Positions 19,229 to 27,857 of a stretch of DNA of 53,390 bases are shown in pieces. Numbering within the stretch: position 1 is the stretch's first letter; every line of letters starts with the position of its first letter. Under the pieces are notes generated by a model, which searched no databases, was not told the DNA's origin, and was given only the letters and a program-made list of their open reading frames with translations. A program made the translations under genes and the position numbers. This stretch comes from Candidatus Lloydbacteria bacterium CG22_combo_CG10-13_8_21_14_all_47_15 (GTDB taxonomy: Bacteria; Patescibacteriota; Minisyncoccia; Phycocordibacterales; 21-14-all-47-15). The stretch covers positions 1 to 53,390 of the forward strand of contig PCTL01000021.1 in the NCBI GenBank assembly GCA_002771515.1. The letters are read 5' to 3'.

Positions 19229-20041
19229 ATGAACCAGAGATACTCGCTTCCGACACAAGCATCTCTTGCGGTCTCCGGTGTGGTAATCGTCGCCGGAATC
19301 CTTTTCTTTTCGGCACTGCCCGCACACGCAGACCACGGCGAAGAAACAACCGCCGACACAAATACACGCACATACTCATCCATCAGGCCGTTATTTAAAG
19401 AAGATATCAGTACCGCGCCTATACCAAAAACACAGGCAATAGACAGCGCTCCGGCGGTAGATACCGGCGTGCGTCCTACGGCAAATACGGTCCGTACAAG
19501 AATACAAAATGCTGCCCTCTCGCCTGAACCTACACAAGCGCGTCCGGCGGATATTACGGATAGCGCGCGCGAACGAACTCTTGACCGGAAGGCAGAGATT
19601 GAAACACTCCGTGCGGAACAAAAGACGCGTCTTGCCGAAGAGCGCGCAAAGCGTATAACAGCATATTTGGAACGAGTATTCCGTCGTCTTGACGCGGCAC
19701 TCACGCGCCTTGAAAAACTTGCGGACCGTATTCAATCGCGTCTCACAAAACTTTCGGAACGAAACATTGACATATCCATCGCTGAAACTCTTCTTGCGAC
19801 AGCCAGAAAAGCAATCGCCGAAGGGAGGTCCGCGCTTGAGAGCGTGCGCGCGCAAGGAGAAGCGCTCACAACATCGGATTCGCCTGCGCGCGACTACGCC
19901 GAAATGAAGATCCTAACCCGCACGGCGATTGATGCAGTAAAAAAAGCACACCGCGCTCTCGTAGAGGCCATAAAGTCGGTCAAGGCATCCGATAAGACAG
20001 TAGGCGCTCCAAGCGATGAACAAACCACAGAGACTGAATAA
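19229..20041 (+). CDS. Hypothetical secreted coiled-coil protein
   Basis: The signal peptide SLAVSGVVIVAGILFFSALPAHA follows ATG 19229. The C-terminal half is helical and rich in Arg, Ala and Glu. Confidence 0.6.
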   Translation: MNQRYSLPTQASLAVSGVVIVAGILFFSALPAHADHGEETTADTNTRTYSSIRPLFKEDISTAPIPKTQAIDSAPAVDTGVRPTANTVRTRIQNAALSPEPTQARPADITDSARERTLDRKAEIETLRAEQKTRLAEERAKRITAYLERVFRRLDAALTRLEKLADRIQSRLTKLSERNIDISIAETLLATARKAIAEGRSALESVRAQGEALTTSDSPARDYAEMKILTRTAIDAVKKAHRALVEAIKSVKASDKTVGAPSDEQTTETE

Positions 20042-20076
20042 TTTAATTTATTACTATCAGATAACAACATTTCACT

Positions 20077-20454
20077 ATGGACAATGAGATGGAGCAGAAG
20101 AACATGACGGCCGGAGCTCCCACTGAAGAGCCCGTCGAGATAGCGCCGGCTGACACAGAAGAAAAACCTTCCGACAATGGCCCTATAGGTCCGGCTATCG
20201 GTACAATTATTATTGTCATCATCCTGATTATCGGCGGACTATATCTCTGGGGAGCAAAACTTTCCAAAGAAAGTGCTGTTCTGGAGGAAAAAGCCCCAGA
20301 AGAAATTCTTGCCGCACCGGACGAGACCTTTGATTCGCTTGAAACACAAGGAACCTCCGACGAGGTCAGCGCCATTGAAGGAGACCTTCAAACGACCGAC
20401 TTGGATAATCTAGATGCGGAATTGCAGGATATTGAAGCGGAGCTTGGAATATAG
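20077..20454 (+). CDS. Hypothetical acidic single-pass membrane protein
   Basis: One TM segment (IGTIIIVIILIIGGLYLW) flanked by acidic regions. A terminator follows. Confidence 0.55.
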   Translation: MDNEMEQKNMTAGAPTEEPVEIAPADTEEKPSDNGPIGPAIGTIIIVIILIIGGLYLWGAKLSKESAVLEEKAPEEILAAPDETFDSLETQGTSDEVSAIEGDLQTTDLDNLDAELQDIEAELGI

Positions 20455-20468
20455 TTTCCGCGTCTCTA

Positions 20469-20501
20469 CTACCCATGCGCTCTAGCGCGTGGGTAGTTTT
20501 T
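20469..20501 (+). terminator. Rho-independent terminator
   Basis: CTACCCATGCGC / GCGCGTGGGTAG forms a 12-bp stem (one G-U pair) with a 4-nt loop, followed by TTTTT. Confidence 0.7.
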
Positions 20502-20529
20502 ATGGTACGGTACGAATCACTTACTCACT

Positions 20530-21621
20530 ATGCCTGATATAGAGGTCCAAATAAAAACACTTGATGGTTCGCAGGTTGAAATCACCGGCGAAATTCCAGT
20601 TGCGGATTTTGAAACAGAGCGCGCATCCGCACTCAAAACATTTGGCGAGCGTGCCGATATTCCCGGATTCCGAAAAGGGCATGTACCTGATGATATAATC
20701 TCAAAACATATAGGCGAAAGCGCCATACTTCATGAAATGGCGGAATACGCGCTAAAAAAAGCATATCCGGATATTCTCATCAAGAATAAAATTGACGCGC
20801 TCGGCGAACCAAAAATAACTCTCACGAAACTAGCTACAGGTAATCCATTGGGCTTCAAGATTCTCACATCTGTAATGCCTAAAATCGTACTGCCGGATTA
20901 TAAAAAAATAGCGGCGGGTATACCGAAGCCGGAAAAAGAAGAAGCGACCGACGAGGAAGTCAAAAATGTCATTGATGAAGTGCGGAAAGCGCGAGCAACC
21001 GATAAAGCAAGCGGCAAGAAACAGGAGCAAGAGACAGACGCCACGCGTGCGAACAAAAGCGGCATTTTAGACGCAGAAGGCAAGCCGATACAGAAAAAAG
21101 AGCCCGAACTTCCGGAATTGACAGACGAATTCGCACAGTCGCTCGGCGATTTCAAAAGCGTCTCTGACCTTGAGGCAAAAATAAAGGAGAATCTGACGCA
21201 TGAAAAAGAATACCGTGCCAGGGATAAGCGGCGCGCGGAAATTGCCGAAAAAATCCTAGCAGAATCAGACTTTGCCGTGCCGGACCCATTTGTTAAGAGC
21301 GAGACCGTGAAAATGCTCGGGCGGCTCAAAGATGATGTAGCGCGCGCCGGCGTTGAATGGAGCGCATATCTCACGCAGGCGAATAAAACTGAAGACGCGC
21401 TCGCAAAAGATATGCGCCCGGAGGCGGAAAAGCGCGCGAAGCTCCAACTACTTATCCACGAAATTGCGGCAAAAGAACATATTACGCCCGACAAGGAAAT
21501 TCTTGAGCATGAAATCAAGCATATAATGGAAATGCACCCTGATGCTGACATATCTGCCGTCAACGCGTATGTAGCGTCCATCCTAACTAACGAAGCCATC
21601 TTCAAATTTCTGGAAACATAA
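20530..21621 (+). CDS. tig: Trigger factor (short form without a PPIase domain)
   Basis: The ribosome-binding signature IPGFRKGHVP lies in the N-domain. The C-domain starts at PELPELTDEF. Only about 33 charged residues lie between the N and C domains. Confidence 0.85.
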   Translation: MPDIEVQIKTLDGSQVEITGEIPVADFETERASALKTFGERADIPGFRKGHVPDDIISKHIGESAILHEMAEYALKKAYPDILIKNKIDALGEPKITLTKLATGNPLGFKILTSVMPKIVLPDYKKIAAGIPKPEKEEATDEEVKNVIDEVRKARATDKASGKKQEQETDATRANKSGILDAEGKPIQKKEPELPELTDEFAQSLGDFKSVSDLEAKIKENLTHEKEYRARDKRRAEIAEKILAESDFAVPDPFVKSETVKMLGRLKDDVARAGVEWSAYLTQANKTEDALAKDMRPEAEKRAKLQLLIHEIAAKEHITPDKEILEHEIKHIMEMHPDADISAVNAYVASILTNEAIFKFLET

Positions 21622-21645
21622 GCGGGGTGTTGCCAACAAAGAATC

Positions 21646-21673
21646 TTGCCAAAATAGCCAAATGTGGTATATT
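21646..21673 (+). promoter_or_regulatory. Candidate promoter for clpP
   Basis: TTGCCA, a 16-nt spacer ending in TGg, then TATATT. It lies about 50 nt upstream of the clpP ATG. Confidence 0.3.
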
Positions 21674-21721
21674 TGCTACATAGTCAAACATAGTTAATTT
21701 TGTAATATAAATAAAACCAAT

Positions 21722-22306
21722 ATGCTTATTCCAACAGTCATTGAAAAATCGCAATTTGGCGAACGGGCGTACGATATTTACTCCCGTCTCCTGAAAGAGC
21801 GTATAATTTTCCTCGGCGGACCAATAGACGACAATGTCGCGAACCTAATCACAGCCCAGTTGCTTTTCCTTGAGGCCGAAGACACGAAAAAAGATATAAA
21901 TGTGTATGTGAACTCGCCTGGCGGCTCAGTAACTGCGGCACTTGCCATCTACGACACAATGCGCCACATCAAACCGGATGTTTCCACCATATGCGTTGGC
22001 ATCGCGGCGTCCGCCGGCGCACTTATCCTTTCATCAGGAGTAAAAGGCAAACGATTCAGCCTGCCAAACTCGGAAGTTATGATACATCAGGTAATGGGCG
22101 GCGCAGAAGGCCAAGCGTCCGACATTGAAATCAGCGCAAAACATATTTTAAAAACCAAAGAAAACTTAAACCGCATTCTTGCGGAAAATACCGGCAAAAG
22201 TATCGCGCAGATTGAGAAGGATTCCGACCGCGACAAATACCTTTCGGCAAAAGAGGCGGCAGAATACGGCTTGATAGATTCCGTCCTATCTCCAAAACAG
22301 AAATAA
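21722..22306 (+). CDS. clpP: ATP-dependent Clp protease proteolytic subunit
   Basis: Ser-His-Asp context is present: [20 protein letters not shown] and [10 protein letters not shown]. Confidence 0.95.
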   Translation: MLIPTVIEKSQFGERAYDIYSRLLKERIIFLGGPIDDNVANLITAQLLFLEAEDTKKDINVYVNSPGGSVTAALAIYDTMRHIKPDVSTICVGIAASAGALILSSGVKGKRFSLPNSEVMIHQVMGGAEGQASDIEISAKHILKTKENLNRILAENTGKSIAQIEKDSDRDKYLSAKEAAEYGLIDSVLSPKQK

Positions 22307-22310
22307 TAAA

Positions 22311-22336
22311 AAACACCCGTATGCGGGTGTTTTTTA
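22311..22336 (+). terminator. Rho-independent terminator after clpP
   Basis: AACACCCG / CGGGTGTT stem with a 4-nt loop and a T-run. Confidence 0.7.
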
Positions 22337-22626
22337 TTACGCAAACAGAGCAGGCATAACCCTTAAAGAACAAAATAGACAATCGCCACTCTTCGTGCTA
22401 CGCTGAAAACGCATTACTAATGAAACCAATTCGCTCCGAGATGCATTGAAAAAGGTGCACCATGAGATACATGGATGTGAGCCGGAAGAAATACTGTACC
22501 ACCTCTAAAAACTCTTAAATCCCAACTTTCGTGAATACTAAAGCTCAATCTTTTTGCTCATATAGAGCGCCATTTCTTAAGTATACGGCATAGCCGTAGT
22601 GTATTCTCACGGGCGAATCTATCGCC

Positions 22627-24156
22627 ATGGATATTAAAACAGTGCTAATGCTTACCGCTGCCACAGGCATCGGAGGAATCGTCTTCGGATACTTCTTCCG
22701 ATGGCTTGTTTCGCTCGGCAAAAAGAGTTCCACGGAACTCAAATTGAAGCAAATGCTTCTTGCCGCAAAAGAAGACGCGCAAAAAATCACCGAAGAAGCT
22801 GATAAAAAAGCGGCACGGATGATTGACGAGGCGCGTCAGGATACAAAAGAAAAAGAGTTGCAAATGAAAACGCTTCAGGAGCGGCTACTCAAAAAGGAGG
22901 AACTTTTGGACAAACGGCAAACAGAGCTCGCCGTTTCCGAAAATGTACTTAAAAAGAAAGCGGATGAAATAACAAAGTTCCACGAATCCGTAGAGATGGA
23001 AGACAAGCGTATACGACAAAAACTTGAAGAAGTAGCGGGGCTTTCATCGGATGAAGCGCGCGAGCAGATGATAAAAGAGATTGAAAAAGCACACGAAGAA
23101 GACCTGTCCCTCCATTTGCGAAAACTTGAGGCATACGGAAATGAAGAACTTGACCGCAAAGCGAAGGAAATCATATCAAGCGCGATACACCGTTACGGCA
23201 ATGCGGTGCCCTCGGATGTGATGACTTCAACCGTTGCACTCCCCTCTGACGAACTCAAAGGAAAAATTATCGGCAAGGAGGGTAGAAATATCCGTGCGTT
23301 TGAACGCGCCGCCGGTGTTGATGTGATTATAGACGATACGCCTGGGGCGATTACTATTTCCGCTTTTGACCCGGTTCGCCGGCAAATCGCGCGTATTGCA
23401 TTGGAAAACTTGATTATTGACGGGCGTATCCAACCGGCAAAAATTGAGGAGGCCGTGGAAAAAGCGCGCACTGAAATCAATAAAATCATCAAGGAAAAGG
23501 GCGAGCAGGCGGCATACGAATGCGGCGTCTACAACCTTGACCCGCGTGTTGTCTCTATTCTCGGACGACTCTACTTTCGCACAAGTTACGGCCAAAATGT
23601 ACTCCAACACTCCATTGAAATGGCGCATATTGCCGGAATGCTCGCGGAGGAAGTCGGTGCCGATGTTGCTGTGGCAAAAGCCGGAGCTCTCCTCCACGAC
23701 CTAGGCAAGGCCGTTGACCATGAAATCCAAGGTACTCATGTAGAGATCGGGCGGCGCATCCTACAGAAATTCGGCGCAGACAAACGAATTATCCAAGCAA
23801 TGCAGGCGCATCACGAGGAATATCCATACGAAACACCGGAATCAATCCTAGTACAGGTTGCAGACGCCATTTCCGGAGGACGACCTGGCGCGCGCCGCGA
23901 TACGGTTGAGCAATATCTGAAGCGACTTTCAGACCTTGAAACTATAGCTGATTCTTTTGACGGCGTTCTAAAATCGTTTGCAATTCAAGCGGGTCGTGAA
24001 GTGCGCGTTCTGGTCAACGCGGATAAAACGACCGACTTTGAGGCGCAAAAACTCGCGCGCGAAATCGCTAGAAAGATTGAACAAGACCTGAAGTATCCGG
24101 GGGAAATAAAAGTTAATGTCATTCGCGAACTGCGCGCGGTTGAATTTGCACGATAA
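22627..24156 (+). CDS. rny: Ribonuclease Y
   Basis: N-terminal TM and coiled coil. KH motif GKIIGKEGRNIRAFE. HD motif LLHDLGK. Confidence 0.95.
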   Translation: MDIKTVLMLTAATGIGGIVFGYFFRWLVSLGKKSSTELKLKQMLLAAKEDAQKITEEADKKAARMIDEARQDTKEKELQMKTLQERLLKKEELLDKRQTELAVSENVLKKKADEITKFHESVEMEDKRIRQKLEEVAGLSSDEAREQMIKEIEKAHEEDLSLHLRKLEAYGNEELDRKAKEIISSAIHRYGNAVPSDVMTSTVALPSDELKGKIIGKEGRNIRAFERAAGVDVIIDDTPGAITISAFDPVRRQIARIALENLIIDGRIQPAKIEEAVEKARTEINKIIKEKGEQAAYECGVYNLDPRVVSILGRLYFRTSYGQNVLQHSIEMAHIAGMLAEEVGADVAVAKAGALLHDLGKAVDHEIQGTHVEIGRRILQKFGADKRIIQAMQAHHEEYPYETPESILVQVADAISGGRPGARRDTVEQYLKRLSDLETIADSFDGVLKSFAIQAGREVRVLVNADKTTDFEAQKLAREIARKIEQDLKYPGEIKVNVIRELRAVEFAR

Positions 24157-24218
24157 ACACTCTCAATTACGCCTAACAATCCCGCAAGAATCTTATACAC
24201 ACCCTTCTATTGCTTCAG

Positions 24219-24246
24219 TTGCGCAAAAAAGGCGTTGCTATATAAT
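24219..24246 (+). promoter_or_regulatory. Candidate promoter for the HU gene
   Basis: TTGCGC, a 16-nt spacer, then TATAAT. It lies about 120 nt upstream of the ATG. Confidence 0.35.
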
Positions 24247-24366
24247 AAGGGCAGAGTCGAAAAATCTAGACGAATAACACGATTCGTTGTCTAGTATTAG
24301 CCGTTAACTTTGCACAACACGGCTCCAAAGCACTATGCTGTTTCGGGCCGGTTGTCACTCGTTTCC

Positions 24367-24639
24367 ATGAACAAAGCTGCTATCGTTGACAAAGTCCACG
24401 AGCAAATTGGTGGCACGAAATCAACCGCCGAAACGGCAGTTGACACATTCGTTAATTCCATCATTGACACGCTGAAAAGCGGCGGCGAGGTTTCAATCGC
24501 CGGCTTGGGTATTTTCTCGGTAAAAGACCGCGCTGCCCGAACAGCACGCAACCCACGCACCGGCGAAACCGTGCAGGTTCCCGCGACACGCGTACCAAAA
24601 TTCCGCCCCGCAAAAGCATTGAAAGACGCGGTGAAATAA
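24367..24639 (+). CDS. hup: HU-family DNA-binding protein
   Basis: MNKAAIVDKV...GLGIFSVKDRAARTARNPRTGETVQVPATRVPKFRPAKALKDAV. The start is at ATG 24367. Confidence 0.9.
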   Translation: MNKAAIVDKVHEQIGGTKSTAETAVDTFVNSIIDTLKSGGEVSIAGLGIFSVKDRAARTARNPRTGETVQVPATRVPKFRPAKALKDAVK

Positions 24640-24654
24640 GGAAATCCTATTTTC

Positions 24655-24690
24655 AAAAGCCCTCCGCCATTGGCGGAGGGCTTTTGGTTT
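24655..24690 (+). terminator. Rho-independent terminator after the HU gene
   Basis: GCCCTCCGCC / GGCGGAGGGC forms a 10-bp stem with flanking A and T runs. Confidence 0.75.
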
Positions 24691-24709
24691 GATACTATCC
24701 ATACATATC

Positions 24710-24780
24710 GCGGATGTAGTTTAATGGTAGAATTTCTGCCTTCCAAGCAGAGGGTGCGGGTTCGATTCCCGCCATCCGCA
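24710..24780 (+). tRNA. tRNA-Gly, anticodon UCC
   Basis: Hand-folded cloverleaf. Acceptor GCGGATG/CATCCGC. Anticodon stem TCTGC/GCAGA with loop CTTCCAA. T-arm GCGGG-TTCGATT-CCCGC. It is 71 nt long and the CCA is not encoded. Confidence 0.92.
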
Positions 24781-24840
24781 CAGAATTTCAGTTTTAGCGT
24801 TCAAACCTTGCTCAAACCGTTTAAATATCAATGTTTCCAC

Positions 24841-24948
24841 AGGTTCAAACATGGGCTATTTTGGGCACAGGGAAGGAGAAGTTTTTTAAGCTCGAAATGA
24901 CTATGTGTTGTAAATAAAGAGTTGTTGATTTTGGGAGAGGTTCAAATC
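24841..24948 (+). repeat. Two copies of the AGGTTCAAA(C/T) motif on the left flank of the AT-rich islet
   Basis: AGGTTCAAACA at 24841-24851 and AGGTTCAAATC at 24938-24948. The second copy is preceded by GAG, giving GAGAGGTTC. Confidence 0.5.
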
Positions 24949-24993
24949 AATTTTATCCTTTCAATAAACATATATCGCGTGTAAAATATAAAC

Positions 24994-26115
24994 ATGAAGC
25001 GGTTACAGAATGTCAAGCGCCATCATGTTATTTCAGCAACCGCGCTCGTTGGTGTTGCACTTTTTGCCCTGAATTTTAACGGAACTAGCCAGCAATCCTC
25101 TGGTTTTGAGGATTTTGTTCTTTTTGCCGAAAAAGAAGTAATGCTTGAAAACGAAGTTCAAGTATCAAGCGGCAACCTGGGCTCCAATAACATCGTTGAT
25201 ATTCAAAAAGACAACATCATCAGCGGTGACCTTTTTGCGGACAAAATCACGTTGGACAAAAACGCCGTCATAAACGGAAACGTTTCATTCAACACCTTAC
25301 AAATCAAAAAGGAAACCGAGATTTTAGGTTTAACCACTACGCCAATATCATTGCCAATTGTAGAACTGCCGGATGCGCCAGATTTTCAAACAGGAAACCA
25401 AGATTTTACATTTCAAGGAGAAAACAATACTCTGCCTTCAGGGAATTACCGCAACATCACTTTAGAAAAAGACAGCAAGCTTATTTTAACGGGTGGCATT
25501 TATAATATCGCACGTCTTTTTATTAAAGAAAATTCTACTCTCGTTTTTGAAACACAAACTATTCTAAACATCGAGCGGGAGCTTAAGTCGCAGCAAAAAA
25601 TCTCTATCCTTGCCGGACCAAACGCGCAATTCAATGCTCTTCAGATAAACTATATAGATAAGAAACCGGTTCAATTCGGCAAAAACTCTTTTCTCAATTT
25701 TAAGCTCCTCGCGCCGGAGGCGGATGTTCGTATTGGAGAACAATCCACATTCAAAGGGCAAATATTTGCCAACAAGATAACCGTGGGCAAAAGCTCATTA
25801 TTAAGCATAGCAGATGTTTTTGTAAAAATAAGTGACTTACGTAATATCATTACCGACGAAGAAGACGGCAGCCGCTTTGCCGTTAATGAGATAGTTGTTA
25901 ATTTTAAAGATGACGCAACGAGAGAAGATGCAGATGCTATCGCGCGAATAGTTAATGGAACAATAACGGGTTTTGTACCGTCGGCTAATATGTATCAAAT
26001 AGAAGTTGCGACATCGGACATTGCTGGCCTAGAACAGTTAATTAATGAAATTGAAATGCTCAATAACCCAAAGATTGAGGGTTTTATAAAAAATTATCTT
26101 TTAAATGCTTTATAG
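24994..26115 (+). CDS. Secreted or anchored beta-helix-like repeat protein with a C-terminal subtilisin-prodomain-like region
   Basis: N-terminal anchor ISATALVGVALFALNF. Repetitive stretches of the SGNLGSNNIVD / ISGDLFADKITLDKNAVINGNVSF type follow. The C-terminal FAVNEIVVNFKDDATREDADAIARIVNGTITGFVPSANMYQIEV...NPKIEGFIKNYLL follows the beta-alpha-beta pattern of S8 N-terminal prodomains. Confidence 0.6.
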   Translation: MKRLQNVKRHHVISATALVGVALFALNFNGTSQQSSGFEDFVLFAEKEVMLENEVQVSSGNLGSNNIVDIQKDNIISGDLFADKITLDKNAVINGNVSFNTLQIKKETEILGLTTTPISLPIVELPDAPDFQTGNQDFTFQGENNTLPSGNYRNITLEKDSKLILTGGIYNIARLFIKENSTLVFETQTILNIERELKSQQKISILAGPNAQFNALQINYIDKKPVQFGKNSFLNFKLLAPEADVRIGEQSTFKGQIFANKITVGKSSLLSIADVFVKISDLRNIITDEEDGSRFAVNEIVVNFKDDATREDADAIARIVNGTITGFVPSANMYQIEVATSDIAGLEQLINEIEMLNNPKIEGFIKNYLLNAL

Positions 26116-27565
26116 TGTTATGAAAAGTATTTTCTGGAACAGAGTTCAAATAAAAATATTTTTAGCCTTACTGTTGATCGTTATAATTCTAGCCCCGGTT
26201 TGGATAACCGACTTTAGATATCCATATAATTTTGGAATCAACAAAATCATCAGCTTTGGAATCGCAAACTTTGTAGATAATTTTAAAGGAGGGGTTATTT
26301 GGTACAATGCTTTATTTGCTTATATTATTTCTATTTTGAGTGGATATGCGGTAGTGAAATTTAAATTGTGGCGTCAGTCCAAGCTCTTCCACAAAATAGC
26401 AAGCGTGTTCTCAATGTTGATTGTTGCTATTTTAATAGCATATATCTTGCTTGTTGCCTTCGTGCGTTTCATGATTGCCGATTCGCCACGAATGCCAACC
26501 GGACCATTACGTATCAACCAAGTAGTGGCCCGTGAAGTAAATGCACAAGTTTTAACATTTATACAGGATTTAGCTCATTTAAGAAATATTGACTCTGATT
26601 TTACTCGTGCATACGATAAAATCAGCATTCAAGATTCGTGGAACGCCGTTAATGAATCCGAAAAACCGCTAAGGCCAGTTATTATAGGAATACTTGATAC
26701 CGGCTTGGATAAATCTCATCCAGAATTTGAGAATGTAAAAACAGGGTCGAGTAGGGGCATTAACCTGCGTGACCCTGACGGCCACGGTACTGCTGTCGCT
26801 GGCATTATCGGTGCTAACAGTGTTTTAGGTTCCGGCGGAACACTACCAGTTGATAGTCCCCAAATGAACGGAATTGTTTCTGGGGTTTCGAGTATTGATT
26901 ATACGATTGAGATGCGTGCGTTTCTAAATACGGAAAAAATACCAAGGTTGATCGGCGGCATCCCGGAAACGTTCGTGCCGATACCCAGAGCATTGGTTGG
27001 TTTGCCTCCAGCAAACATCATAAGTTTTGGTGCTTTTATAGAAAACCTTGATTTAGTTGGTGCGCAAATTGTTAATTTGAGTTTCGGGGCCCCTAAATGT
27101 TCCGAAATGCCTTTGTCTGTTCGTGCCGCATACTTTATTTCGGATAAAAGCTGTGCCTCCGATGATGAATTTGACGAGCTAACACAAATGTATGAAGAAA
27201 TCATAAATGCGCACCAAGACATCCTTTTTGTCATAGGTGCCGGCAATGAAGACATGGATGTCATATTTTCTACACCCGCAAATGTCAGTGCTGATCATGT
27301 AATAACAGTCGCCGCCACAAATCTTAACGACGAAAGAGCGAACTTTACTTTTGCCGAAAAAAGCAATTTTGGCTCCGCAGTTGATATTTCTGCGCCGGGT
27401 ACAAACGTTTATGCCCCGCTTCCTAGGGGCCACGAAAACGCTAATTTTCCGACTAATGTGCCGCAAGGTGAGCGGAACTACACCACGAATTTTGGTGGCA
27501 CTTCTGCGGCAACCCCAATGATTACCGGAACCGCAGCTATTCTTAAAGCCATAGGTTCTGAATAA
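26105..27565 (+). CDS. S8-family (subtilisin-like) serine peptidase with an N-terminal polytopic membrane region and an unusually short C-terminus
   Basis: Catalytic Asp in IGILDTGLD, His in DGHGTAVAGIIGA, oxyanion Asn in VIGAGNED, Ser in GGTSAATPMITGTAAIL. The ORF stops 19 residues after the catalytic Ser. It overlaps the upstream gene by 11 nt. Confidence 0.85.
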   Translation: MLYSVMKSIFWNRVQIKIFLALLLIVIILAPVWITDFRYPYNFGINKIISFGIANFVDNFKGGVIWYNALFAYIISILSGYAVVKFKLWRQSKLFHKIASVFSMLIVAILIAYILLVAFVRFMIADSPRMPTGPLRINQVVAREVNAQVLTFIQDLAHLRNIDSDFTRAYDKISIQDSWNAVNESEKPLRPVIIGILDTGLDKSHPEFENVKTGSSRGINLRDPDGHGTAVAGIIGANSVLGSGGTLPVDSPQMNGIVSGVSSIDYTIEMRAFLNTEKIPRLIGGIPETFVPIPRALVGLPPANIISFGAFIENLDLVGAQIVNLSFGAPKCSEMPLSVRAAYFISDKSCASDDEFDELTQMYEEIINAHQDILFVIGAGNEDMDVIFSTPANVSADHVITVAATNLNDERANFTFAEKSNFGSAVDISAPGTNVYAPLPRGHENANFPTNVPQGERNYTTNFGGTSAATPMITGTAAILKAIGSE

Positions 27566-27681
27566 ACTCTTAAAATTGATATGCACTACTTTTTTATGTA
27601 TGTTATGCACGTTGTGTATGTTGTCGGAGAGGGTATTTATGGTGAGCTTGTCGAACCATGCCGAAACTCAGCTTCTCCGGG

Positions 27682-27833
27682 AGGTTCTAACATTGGATGG
27701 GATTTTACCGAGATGTCGGGCAAAGTACTCCTAAACAGTGTCTTGGTGTTATCCGGACATGTAAAATCAGCTCCGCAATGCTACAATCTTAAGCATAAGT
27801 GGTTCGGTTAGTGCCAAAAGAGAGGTTCTAACC
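27682..27833 (+). repeat. Two copies of the AGGTTCTAAC motif on the right flank of the AT-rich islet
   Basis: GAGGTTCTAAC at 27681-27691 and again at 27822-27832. The second copy is preceded by GA, giving GAGAGGTTC, which matches 24935-24943. Confidence 0.5.
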
Positions 27834-27857
27834 TGTTCCCCTAAAGTGCATAAAAAT

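Noticed and set aside
19120-19704. A 194-aa Arg/Ser-rich minus-strand ORF.
   Set aside because: It lies antisense to the plus-strand ORF, which has a proper signal peptide and coiled-coil body. It also overlaps the hppA stop region, and its composition is typical of a shadow ORF.
20898-21605. A 235-aa Ser-rich minus-strand ORF.
   Set aside because: It lies entirely antisense to the well-supported trigger factor gene, and its composition is a low-complexity mirror of that gene.
22337-22626. SRP RNA, RNase P RNA, tmRNA or 6S RNA in the clpP-rny spacer. The same was considered for 27566-27845.
   Set aside because: I could not find the conserved motifs I know: the SRP domain IV GGAA tetraloop context, the RNase P GAGGAAAGUCC, or a tmRNA tRNA-like end. 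The region is reported only as unassigned.
27640-27662. GGTTCGA…CACCA on the minus strand, considered as a tRNA 3' fragment (att remnant).
   Set aside because: The flanking bases do not form a T-stem or acceptor pairing. The match to the tRNA-Gly 3' end is only 7 nt.
27581-27811. A 76-aa ORF downstream of the S8 peptidase gene.
   Set aside because: It has no ribosome-binding site and a low-complexity start (MHYFFMYVMHVVYVV), and I recognise no motif. It is more likely non-coding debris at the islet boundary. I also could not match it to the missing S8 C-terminus.
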